IMG/VR virus record: IMGVR_UViG_3300009425_004205
Coordinates: 14,463-78,462 of that record
Length of the DNA stretch: 64,000 nt
Direction: 5' to 3' (one strand)
Origin: a virus
How positions within the stretch are numbered: position 1 is the first letter of the stretch; each line of letters begins with the position of its first letter. The notes below the pieces were generated by a model that saw only the letters and a list, made by a program, of their open reading frames with translations, ran no database searches and had not been told where the DNA came from. This document shows positions 18,857 to 27,147 of the stretch, in pieces. Made by a program: the position numbers and the translations under genes.

Positions 18857-19202
18857 AGAGTTCGGAGAATACTTAATAGTGGGGGTACACTCTGACAAAG
18901 CTATGGAAAAGTATAAAAGAAAGCCAATAATTCCTGAAGAAGAGAGATATCAAATTATTGAAAGTTGTAAGTACGTTGATGAAATAGTGAGAGGAGCACC
19001 TCTAGTCATGAATGAGGGATTTATCATCAATAACAGTATAGATTTAGTTGTCCGCGGCGACGATATAACGGAAGAGCACCTTAGGCAGCAAAGTGTCCCA
19101 ATAAATATGGGAATAATTAGATATGTTCCAAGGACTCCTGGAATCTCTACTAGTGGAATAATAAAGAAAATAGAGGAGAGAATAAAACATGATAGTAATT
19201 AG
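18783..19202 (+). CDS. Cytidylyltransferase (HxGH, TagD/ECT-like)
   Basis: DMFHVGHLNLI, LIVGVHSD, KRKPI, CKYVDE, RGDD and RTPGISTS. Confidence 0.92.
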   Translation: MIRVYTDMAADMFHVGHLNLIKRAKEFGEYLIVGVHSDKAMEKYKRKPIIPEEERYQIIESCKYVDEIVRGAPLVMNEGFIINNSIDLVVRGDDITEEHLRQQSVPINMGIIRYVPRTPGISTSGIIKKIEERIKHDSN

Positions 19203-19890
19203 TTCAACCGGCGGCAGTGGATCGAGCTTTGTAGCTGATCAGTTTTCTATGAACCATTGGAAAGTTTGTCTTCGGCCAGATGGGGGACAACAGAAAGCAA
19301 CACACTCAGAAAAACAAATTTATGATGAAAGAACTATCCCGCACTTTGAATCTCTTTTAGGGAAAAAGCCAAATCAGGAGCAGATGTTTGAAGAAGCTTA
19401 TGTGAAATTAAGAAAAGCGAAAAATGACAATTTAATGTTATTATGTATGACTTGGGGAGGCTTGGGATATTTGAACAATATTGAGGAAAAGACAATATTT
19501 CTAGTAAGGGATCCTGTATTCGCTTTTAACTCATACTCCGGCGGTGGATGGAGAAAGGAGGGAGGACAGCGCCGAATAAAGTATGTCGGAGCATCTGGCG
19601 CCAATGATAAGAAGTGGATAGACTTATGGTTGGGGAAGTTTGCGCATTGGAAGCAGGGTGCGCTACATGCTATTAATTCAGCAAAAGAAGGCAATGGCCA
19701 CCTTGTCAGATATCACAGCTTTGCAAAAGACTGGGAAAAGATAGAAGGCGTCCCACCGATACATAAAAATTTTAAAAGCAAAGATGAAATACTGAAACTT
19801 CAGGGCTTTCTGTCCGCTGAAACTATAAAGTACATTAGAGAAGAAACAAACGATGTCTGGAAGGAAATCAAGTCGTTTAGTCATGAGTGA
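19189..19890 (+). CDS. Sulfotransferase-like protein
   Basis: N-terminal SSTGGSGSSF (5'-PSB-like loop), IFLVRDP..AFNSY (3'-PB-like) and LVRYH. Confidence 0.55.
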   Translation: MIVISSTGGSGSSFVADQFSMNHWKVCLRPDGGQQKATHSEKQIYDERTIPHFESLLGKKPNQEQMFEEAYVKLRKAKNDNLMLLCMTWGGLGYLNNIEEKTIFLVRDPVFAFNSYSGGGWRKEGGQRRIKYVGASGANDKKWIDLWLGKFAHWKQGALHAINSAKEGNGHLVRYHSFAKDWEKIEGVPPIHKNFKSKDEILKLQGFLSAETIKYIREETNDVWKEIKSFSHE

Positions 19891-21502
19891 TGAGTTTATA
19901 GGTAGGAAAAACAACACTCTAGGTGTTAATGATCTCAGAAAGTATTTAGCTAACAAAAAGGAGACTTCGAAACAGAAAAATCTCCTCATTAAGTTGGAAG
20001 AATATGTAGAGTATAAAGCTCCTAAGGAAAATGTCAAAGTTTTATTAATATCTCTTCCAATAACTATACCAAAATATATGCAGAAAAGATGTATACCTCC
20101 ATTAGGAATATCATATATCGCTGCCTCCCTAGAAAAGAATAAAATAGATGTTGATATCATCGATTGTTGTGTAGAAGGCTGGGATATAGAGAGATATAGT
20201 GGAAATATGGTTACATATGGCATACCACCATCACAACTTGGAGAAAGACTAAAAGAAGTAAATCCAGATATAGTAGGAATAAGTCTTTTGTTTTCAACAG
20301 ATATGAAGAACTTATATGAGGTAAGTTCGGTAGTGAGAGAAAGCCTCCCGAACACAACAGTCCTTGTTGGGGGGTTACACCCAACAATATACCCAATTGA
20401 AATGTTCGAATTAGATTTAGAGCAAAATAAGAGGAGAACTATAGATTTTGTGCTAAGGGGAGAAGGCGAGGAAAGGCTGGTTGAGTTTGTTGGGGATTTA
20501 GAGAATGGTGTTGTAAATATTAACGCTGACGGCTTAGTCGGATTTGTGGGTGATAAATTTATTTACAATGAACAGGTTGAAAACATAAAAGATTTAGATT
20601 CGATACCATTTCCTGCGTACCACCTGCTTCCGATGGAGAAGTATTTCAATATTAATGTTCCATTTTCGCCAGTACCACAGGGAGACAGGGTTTTACCAAT
20701 GTTGACAACTAGAGGCTGTCCAGTTGGTTGTACCTTTTGCGCAAATACAAATACTTGGTGGAAACATAGAAAAAGATCTGTTGCGAATATAGCTGAAGAA
20801 GTTAAGTACCTTAAGGACAATTTCCAAATAGATGAGTTGCAGTTTGCTGATGATAATTTAACTTATGATATGAAACATGCAATTGAAAAGTTCAAAGCTA
20901 TAAAGGAGTTTGATTTACTGTGGTGTACCCCAAACGGAACAATGATTAATAAACTAACAGAAGAACTGATAACTATTATGGCAGAATCAGGGATGTATCA
21001 AATAACTTTATCAATGGATAGTGCCGTGGCAAGAACTTTGAAGGAGTTACATCACAAGCCGGTAAATTTGAACACCATACCTGGATTGATAAAAAGGTGT
21101 AAAGAGCTGGGTGTGTTTGCTCATGGTACATTAGTAGTAGGCATGCCTGGGGAAACGCTGGAAGAGATTTCTGAAGGATTCGAATATGTAAAGAATGATC
21201 TTGACTTTACAAGTGTTTCTGCTTTTATTGCTGCCGCCATCCCCGGCTCTGAGCTTTATCATGATATGCTGGACTCTGGAAAAATATCGAAAGAAGACGC
21301 TCGCGAAATTGATACAACGAAATCTAAGATATCACTATCTAATATAGAACCAAAGGCATTAGAGGACATGATAGAGACGTTCCAATCAGAATTTCTCGAG
21401 ATAGTGAAATACAGAGATCCGGAAGAGTATCAAAGAAAATACTCTAAACTAATAAAATCTGGCAGGTGGGATGAAGATCAATGCGGAGGAAAATTAACAT
21501 GA
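19883..21502 (+). CDS. Cobalamin-dependent radical SAM enzyme (class B)
   Basis: PPLGISYIAA, PDIVGIS, VGGLHPT and GEGEE (B12-binding domain); TTRGCPVGCTFC (CxxxCxxC), FADDNLT and GMPGET. Confidence 0.92.
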   Translation: MSDEFIGRKNNTLGVNDLRKYLANKKETSKQKNLLIKLEEYVEYKAPKENVKVLLISLPITIPKYMQKRCIPPLGISYIAASLEKNKIDVDIIDCCVEGWDIERYSGNMVTYGIPPSQLGERLKEVNPDIVGISLLFSTDMKNLYEVSSVVRESLPNTTVLVGGLHPTIYPIEMFELDLEQNKRRTIDFVLRGEGEERLVEFVGDLENGVVNINADGLVGFVGDKFIYNEQVENIKDLDSIPFPAYHLLPMEKYFNINVPFSPVPQGDRVLPMLTTRGCPVGCTFCANTNTWWKHRKRSVANIAEEVKYLKDNFQIDELQFADDNLTYDMKHAIEKFKAIKEFDLLWCTPNGTMINKLTEELITIMAESGMYQITLSMDSAVARTLKELHHKPVNLNTIPGLIKRCKELGVFAHGTLVVGMPGETLEEISEGFEYVKNDLDFTSVSAFIAAAIPGSELYHDMLDSGKISKEDAREIDTTKSKISLSNIEPKALEDMIETFQSEFLEIVKYRDPEEYQRKYSKLIKSGRWDEDQCGGKLT

Positions 21503-22182
21503 AGAATTTAACAGAAGATGAGGTAAGGAAACTAAGTGGCATGCCTGACGCGGCGTTTAACCAACATGTCCTATGGGACAGCACGGGACTCAACCCGGAC
21601 AACTGCAATAAAATCTTGTTAATATACAAGAAAGTTGTCAATCATTTTGATATCAAGTACTGGCTTACTTACGGTACGGCTCTAGGATTTTACAGATCTG
21701 GTGATTTTATTCCATGGGATGATGATATCGACAGTCACATAGACGGACATAAAATGTTAGAAGTTGGGGTAGAGAATATTAGGCAGAAATTTATAGATGA
21801 GGGGGTTGTCGTACGATCGAAAGAACGAGGGCTGAATAGTAAGATGAGCCTTTTCTATGGAGGGGTTAAAATGCAATTGCAGGGGGTGTACGAACAAGAC
21901 GGAATGATGCATGCAAAGTTGTTTCATTATCCAATCGAGTTTTATAATAACTCCCAAGTGTTTCAATATCGAGGAGAAGAGTATACCTTGCCAGGGCCGC
22001 CTGACAGGTATTTGACGTTTTGTTATGACGAGAACTGGAGTACTCCGCAAGACATAAAGGACTGGAGAGATTATATGAACCCCAAGCAGCTCAAGAGTAG
22101 AAGATGGCTTTCTGATTACGACTCTTATAATGCTAATAAGATCAAAGGAAAAAAAATAAATGATAGTAAAGAAGAGAGTTGA
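21499..22182 (+). CDS. LicD-family phosphotransferase
   Basis: YWLTYGTALGFYRSGDFIPWDDDID and P..YLT..Y..NW.TP; GGAGG RBS. Confidence 0.88.
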   Translation: MKNLTEDEVRKLSGMPDAAFNQHVLWDSTGLNPDNCNKILLIYKKVVNHFDIKYWLTYGTALGFYRSGDFIPWDDDIDSHIDGHKMLEVGVENIRQKFIDEGVVVRSKERGLNSKMSLFYGGVKMQLQGVYEQDGMMHAKLFHYPIEFYNNSQVFQYRGEEYTLPGPPDRYLTFCYDENWSTPQDIKDWRDYMNPKQLKSRRWLSDYDSYNANKIKGKKINDSKEES

Positions 22183-23035
22183 TGGATTTAATTGGACTTT
22201 GGATACATCTGATGGCGGAATAGGCATAGTTTTAGCCGGCTCTGACACTGATGGCAAAAATGCAAATTTTGCAAGAGAGAGATTGTTCATGCTCACACTA
22301 GATTCAGTCGTAACCTCCGGCATGACGTGTATTGATGTCGGGGCGAATATAGGATATGCGACAATGTTTATGGCAAGAAACTGTGGAAATCCGGAAAACG
22401 TGTATGCAATAGAGCCAGATGCTCATAACGCTAGTTTTTTAAAATTAAATTTGATAAGCAATGGTTTCGAAAATTGCAATACAAGTGATCTTCTAATATC
22501 GGACACAAATGGGGAAAGAGATTTTTGGATAGCCAGGCACCCAAACTTAAATAGCGTTAGCAAAACAAAGCATAGTATTAGGAAAGAAAGGGTTCGAAGT
22601 GTTACCCTAGAAACCTTCTGTAAGGATCAGAATATATATCCAAATTTTATAAAAATGGATATTGAGGGACACGAGGTTGATGTATTTAACGGGGCATATA
22701 ACTTCTTTAAAGAAAACGAGGGAGAGACTCATTTTTTGCTCGAAGTACATCCAAAAATGTATAATAGCGAAAATGATTTTGCTAAAACTTTAAAGCGTTA
22801 TGAAGGTATAGGGTTCAGAGTTAAGCTTTTAATTGCAACTCCAGTGTCTAACCCTGCCCCATTTAAAAAGTTGGGGTACAAACCAGTATTGCAAGTGCCA
22901 TCTGACGGCTGGATTAGGAGTATCTATGTTGACGTGGACAATGATGAAGCTATCAGGATATGTACCAGTTTACACGCCGATGTTCCTGGTGGGAAGTCTG
23001 TCCGCGCAATCCTGGTATCCAGGGAGGGGCAGTGA
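22160..23035 (+). CDS. FkbM-family methyltransferase
   Basis: IDVGANIGY, YAIEP and FIKMDIEGHE. Confidence 0.9.
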   Translation: MIVKKRVDGFNWTLDTSDGGIGIVLAGSDTDGKNANFARERLFMLTLDSVVTSGMTCIDVGANIGYATMFMARNCGNPENVYAIEPDAHNASFLKLNLISNGFENCNTSDLLISDTNGERDFWIARHPNLNSVSKTKHSIRKERVRSVTLETFCKDQNIYPNFIKMDIEGHEVDVFNGAYNFFKENEGETHFLLEVHPKMYNSENDFAKTLKRYEGIGFRVKLLIATPVSNPAPFKKLGYKPVLQVPSDGWIRSIYVDVDNDEAIRICTSLHADVPGGKSVRAILVSREGQ

Positions 23036-23907
23036 GAGTACTAGTTACAGGACACAAGGGCTACATAGGTAGTCATCTATTCGAGAGGCTTAAGCTGGAG
23101 GGTTATGACGTTGCTGGTATCGATTTAACTGGGTGTATTCTCGACGGGAAAGAACTACCAGGTGAAAATATATGTGATGGATATCCAGTAGAGTATTATC
23201 AATTCATGCCAGAGTTCATATTTCATTTAGCAGCCATCCCCCGCGTTGGATATAGCGTAGCTAATCCTGTGGAGGTAATGGAAAACAATATTATGTGTAC
23301 AGCGAAGACTTTAAGATTCGCTAAGGTTGCCAAGTCATCATTAATATATTCGAGTTCATCTTCTGTGGAAGGTAACGGCGCCGGCCCCACAAATCCCTAC
23401 GCGTTGTCTAAGTACGTAGGAGAGTTAGAGTCTGTCATGTATAACGATTTATATGATGTGCCGACTGTAAGTCTGAGATATTTCAATGTCTACTCTCACG
23501 ATCAGAAAGCAGAAGGAACATATGCTACTGCTGTCTCAAATTGGATGGAATACATTAGGCAGAATAGGCCGCCGTTTATAACTGGAAGTGGAAACCAAAG
23601 AAGGGATATGGCACATGTCGATGACGTAGTAGACGCGAATATGCATAGTATGAAGAACATGCCTCACTTGAGGGGTAGAGTGTTCGACGTCGGTACAGGA
23701 GATAATATATCTTTAAACGAAATGAGGGACATAGTTCTCGAGGTTTTTCCTGGCTTGCGGTTCGAATATAAGTCCGGCCGCCCTGGAGAAGTAACAGAAA
23801 CAAAAGCAAATATTAAAAATTTTAAAAAAGCCGGCTGGAGTGGTAAAATACCTATCAAGGCCGGAATAAAAGAGTGCTTTGAAAGACTAAAAGGAGAAAT
23901 ACAATGA
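23032..23907 (+). CDS. NAD-dependent epimerase/dehydratase
   Basis: VLVTGHKGYIG, FHLAA, YSSSSSV, YALSK, LRYFNVY and RDMAHVDDV; GTGA overlap with the upstream stop. Confidence 0.9.
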   Translation: MRVLVTGHKGYIGSHLFERLKLEGYDVAGIDLTGCILDGKELPGENICDGYPVEYYQFMPEFIFHLAAIPRVGYSVANPVEVMENNIMCTAKTLRFAKVAKSSLIYSSSSSVEGNGAGPTNPYALSKYVGELESVMYNDLYDVPTVSLRYFNVYSHDQKAEGTYATAVSNWMEYIRQNRPPFITGSGNQRRDMAHVDDVVDANMHSMKNMPHLRGRVFDVGTGDNISLNEMRDIVLEVFPGLRFEYKSGRPGEVTETKANIKNFKKAGWSGKIPIKAGIKECFERLKGEIQ

Positions 23908-24101
23908 AACTATCTAACCAAGCTATGGGTGCCATCATGATGGCGCTTCAAAAATGCCTAATGAATCAATCTGATGTCACAGAGATATTAAACACATTCA
24001 CATTTCAGGTTGATGAGAATGAGCAGCTGATAGTCAATAACCCGCCAGTTATTGATGTTAACGAAACAGAGGAAAACAACTTTACAGTTGGTAGTGACTG
24101 A
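23904..24101 (+). CDS. Small hypothetical phage protein
   Basis: 65-aa ORF with an AGGAG RBS; ATGA overlap. Confidence 0.65.
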   Translation: MKLSNQAMGAIMMALQKCLMNQSDVTEILNTFTFQVDENEQLIVNNPPVIDVNETEENNFTVGSD

Positions 24102-24355
24102 TGCCCAGATACACTTATAAATGTAGTGCGTGTTTAGAGGAATTCGTCTTAATCCATATGATGAGCGAGACAAGAACAGACTGTCAGAAGTGCCACAAGA
24201 AGCTATGTATTGAGAGGATACCATCCTTAATCCTGGCGCCAGTTGTACGTGCTGAGAACAAGAAAGTAGGATCTGTGGTAGAAAATTTTATCAAGTCTGC
24301 GAAAGAAGAAGTCGAGGCTGAAAAGAGAGCGCTTAAGGAGGTTGAAGCTAAATGA
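24101..24355 (+). CDS. FmdB-family zinc-ribbon protein
   Basis: MPRYTYKCSAC...CQKC...ERI. Confidence 0.8.
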   Translation: MPRYTYKCSACLEEFVLIHMMSETRTDCQKCHKKLCIERIPSLILAPVVRAENKKVGSVVENFIKSAKEEVEAEKRALKEVEAK

Positions 24356-24672
24356 CTATTACTATGGTGTTTCTAATAGTGTCCGGAATCATTAATGTTT
24401 TTGCGGCGCTATACGTCCGATGGCTCCTGAGTACTATGTCAGAGTTTTCAGAAAATCTTGAAACTCTTTGGGCGAATCTGGCAGGGTTCGAGACTCACGT
24501 CGACGCTATTCATGAATCTGAAATGTATTATGGAGACAGTAGTTTACAAGAGCTTATGAGTCACTCCAAATCATTAATGGCAGAAATTGTCAGCATTAAG
24601 GATATACTGCCAACATCGGCAGAATATACCTTACAAGAGGAAGAGGAAGAGGGGGAAACTCAAGATGGCTGA
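24352..24672 (+). CDS. Hypothetical membrane-anchored protein
   Basis: N-terminal hydrophobic helix followed by an acidic coiled region. Confidence 0.6.
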   Translation: MTITMVFLIVSGIINVFAALYVRWLLSTMSEFSENLETLWANLAGFETHVDAIHESEMYYGDSSLQELMSHSKSLMAEIVSIKDILPTSAEYTLQEEEEEGETQDG

Positions 24673-25390
24673 AATGTCCGAGCAGATAAGAATTCGTTCA
24701 CGAAGAAAGAAGAAAAAGAATGATTATTTCACGAAAGAACATGAAGCAGCGATAATAAGATATGTCGCGACAGATTGCATAAAAGAAAGGACAGTGTTGT
24801 ACGTAGAGTGGATACAACCAGCTTTTGATGAGATGGTAGATAAAATAATCTACACTTATAAATTTACCACCCTCCCAAATATTGATGCCCTCAAGGACGA
24901 ATGTAAAGTCTGGCTGACGACTATCCTAGATAAATTTGATGCATCGAAAGGATCCAAAGCCTTTTCATATTTTTCCGTCGTTACCAAAAATTGGTTTATC
25001 CACAGAGTCAAGAAAAATTCTGCTCGCACAAAAAAAGAAGTATCTTATGAGGAGATGGTTGAACTTGGCAAGCCAGGGGTGACAGAGGTTATTTCTACGG
25101 AAGAGACATACTTGGAAAAAAGAATGGACGCTGAATTCTGGAGATTGTTGTTGACGCAAGTAGATAAGTGGGACGTGGATACCCTAAAAGAGAATGAAAA
25201 GAGGGTACTGGAGGCTGTTAAAATACTACTGAATAACGTTGAAAACATAGATATCTTCAACAAGAAGGCGGTATATTTATATCTCCGAGAAATAACGGGA
25301 CTAAATACAAAGCAAGTTGTTAGTAATCTTAATAAGATGAGAGAGAAATATAGACTTTTTAGGAATAAATGGGATAGAGGCAACCTTTAA
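24665..25390 (+). CDS. Phage sigma factor (gp55-like, probably late transcription)
   Basis: LDKFDASKGSKAFSYFSVVTKNWF resembles sigma regions 2.3-2.4; C-terminal LYLREITGLNTKQV is HTH-like; it sits just before the virion genes. Confidence 0.7.
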   Translation: MAEMSEQIRIRSRRKKKKNDYFTKEHEAAIIRYVATDCIKERTVLYVEWIQPAFDEMVDKIIYTYKFTTLPNIDALKDECKVWLTTILDKFDASKGSKAFSYFSVVTKNWFIHRVKKNSARTKKEVSYEEMVELGKPGVTEVISTEETYLEKRMDAEFWRLLLTQVDKWDVDTLKENEKRVLEAVKILLNNVENIDIFNKKAVYLYLREITGLNTKQVVSNLNKMREKYRLFRNKWDRGNL

Positions 25391-25415
25391 ATTCTTTTAG
25401 ACGTCTAATTACAGC

Positions 25416-25706
25416 ATGAAGAAGTTAAAAGACTACATAAGCCAAGCAACATCAAATGTCAATGAGGATAGGGCCGCGACAAAATCTCTTCTTATGACTT
25501 TGATGAAGTATATTCAAACTGGTAGCGACAGGCACAAGGAGGCAGGCTTAATAGCGGCAAAATATTTAGAAACCCTGCAGAGATCGAACGAGCAACTAGT
25601 GAAGATAGCTGCGCTAGTAGCTAAAGGCGAAGCCAATAATATAGGCTTGACAGCTGAGGACAGGGACGAGCTTTTTGATATCATTAACGAATCGGAAGAG
25701 GACTGA
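25416..25706 (+). CDS. Hypothetical helical phage protein
   Basis: 96-aa ORF; ATG lies 4 nt after CTAATTA. Confidence 0.65.
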   Translation: MKKLKDYISQATSNVNEDRAATKSLLMTLMKYIQTGSDRHKEAGLIAAKYLETLQRSNEQLVKIAALVAKGEANNIGLTAEDRDELFDIINESEED

Positions 25707-25708
25707 AA

Positions 25709-27142
25709 GTGGCGATAGATGGTTACACCCCCGCACCGCTGGCACCGGGAAGCAATAATGCCATTGTGGATAGAGGAGGCACAACGTCTTCAGGCGCATC
25801 CGTAAATACTCGCCCTTTCGAGGGTCCACTTGATGCCGCCGCCGAGCAAAACAAGTTAGCCAACAGAAGGCATGAATCCAAGTTTCAAAACGTTCAAGGT
25901 ACAGCGTACATTGCCACAGTTTACAGCGCGAGAATAATTCCAAATTCAAAAGAAGCCATACAGGCAAATTTGTCAGGGCATGTATACGGGTTTCTTTTCG
26001 TCGTAGGTAGCCTTCATGTGCTAGATCCAGCGTACGCAATTCTAGAAATCACTGCAGCAGTAGATAATATACATTCAGCTCTAGAGCCACCAACTGAGAT
26101 TTCATCAATGATGACGTTAACAGATTGTATGAGAGTCTCAAGATTTCATAAATTTTATTCGATTGTGTCAGATAACAGAGTACCAGCACCCGGGGACAAA
26201 CTCAGCGTTAGATATATAGACGAAAACCCTAGGACAACAGGTTTAATAGATAAGCCAGTGGCAACACTCTCGGTTGGATCTGGAGGCTTAGATAATCCAT
26301 TGAATGCCTTTGGTCCCGGGGGGGGCGTTATCGTTCCTCTCGGCGCCGCTTCCGCCCCATTAATGAAGAACGGCAAAATCGACACTAGCAATGCCATACC
26401 GATCGATAAAATCGGCAGCTGCATCGTGATGAAAGCGGGTAAATGTACCGGCTATAGCATTAGCCGGCACAACTTTAACGCATGGGCGAACTCGATAGGG
26501 GTGTCTGAGGATGTACTTATAATGGCAACTGTTATGATGTCGGAGATAGGTATAAAAGATGAGTCGACATTTATTGTCAATACCATCATCAACAGAGTCG
26601 GCTCTGCTCACTTAGTTGGCCGTTGGGCTGCAGACTCCACCAGAGCTGACAAAACATCGGCATGGGGAGTCACTATCGGCAAGAAAAAAAGTACTACTGG
26701 TAAGCAGGGATCACGGCCGTACTCCTCACAGCGGCCGCCAAAGGGCAGATGGTTATCACTAGCCGTGACTAGGATTGTTGACATTTTAAAATCTCGTCTC
26801 AAGAACGGAGACCCTACTGGGGGGGCAACTTATTATGTCCATAACGGCTTCTCCGCAAAGCATATGTGTAAGGGTCCCCCAAGGAACTTTAGCATCAAGG
26901 CTAAAAGCACTTGGTGCTTTAATAAGGTGCATGCGTCGAGGATTAAAGAGCTTGATTGGGTACAGCCCACCCCAAGGCCAGCCTGGTTAACTGATGAACA
27001 TGTCAAATATTACCGAAGGAAGACTAAGTTGCCAGATGAGGGAAAAATAAAAGCATACATTAAGAGAATATTGGGCCCCCATCTCCAAGATCCCAAACCG
27101 GTTGCTGCCTCGGACTCAAAATCCAGCACCACAGCTACGTAA
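25709..27142 (+). CDS. Baseplate-hub-like protein with SleB/CwlJ-type (Hydrolase_2) cell-wall hydrolase domain
   Basis: MATVMMSE...IVNTIINRV and DPTGGATYYVH match Hydrolase_2; the N-terminal domain is paralogous to the next gene. Confidence 0.65.
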   Translation: MAIDGYTPAPLAPGSNNAIVDRGGTTSSGASVNTRPFEGPLDAAAEQNKLANRRHESKFQNVQGTAYIATVYSARIIPNSKEAIQANLSGHVYGFLFVVGSLHVLDPAYAILEITAAVDNIHSALEPPTEISSMMTLTDCMRVSRFHKFYSIVSDNRVPAPGDKLSVRYIDENPRTTGLIDKPVATLSVGSGGLDNPLNAFGPGGGVIVPLGAASAPLMKNGKIDTSNAIPIDKIGSCIVMKAGKCTGYSISRHNFNAWANSIGVSEDVLIMATVMMSEIGIKDESTFIVNTIINRVGSAHLVGRWAADSTRADKTSAWGVTIGKKKSTTGKQGSRPYSSQRPPKGRWLSLAVTRIVDILKSRLKNGDPTGGATYYVHNGFSAKHMCKGPPRNFSIKAKSTWCFNKVHASRIKELDWVQPTPRPAWLTDEHVKYYRRKTKLPDEGKIKAYIKRILGPHLQDPKPVAASDSKSSTTAT

Positions 27143-27147
27143 GCGAT

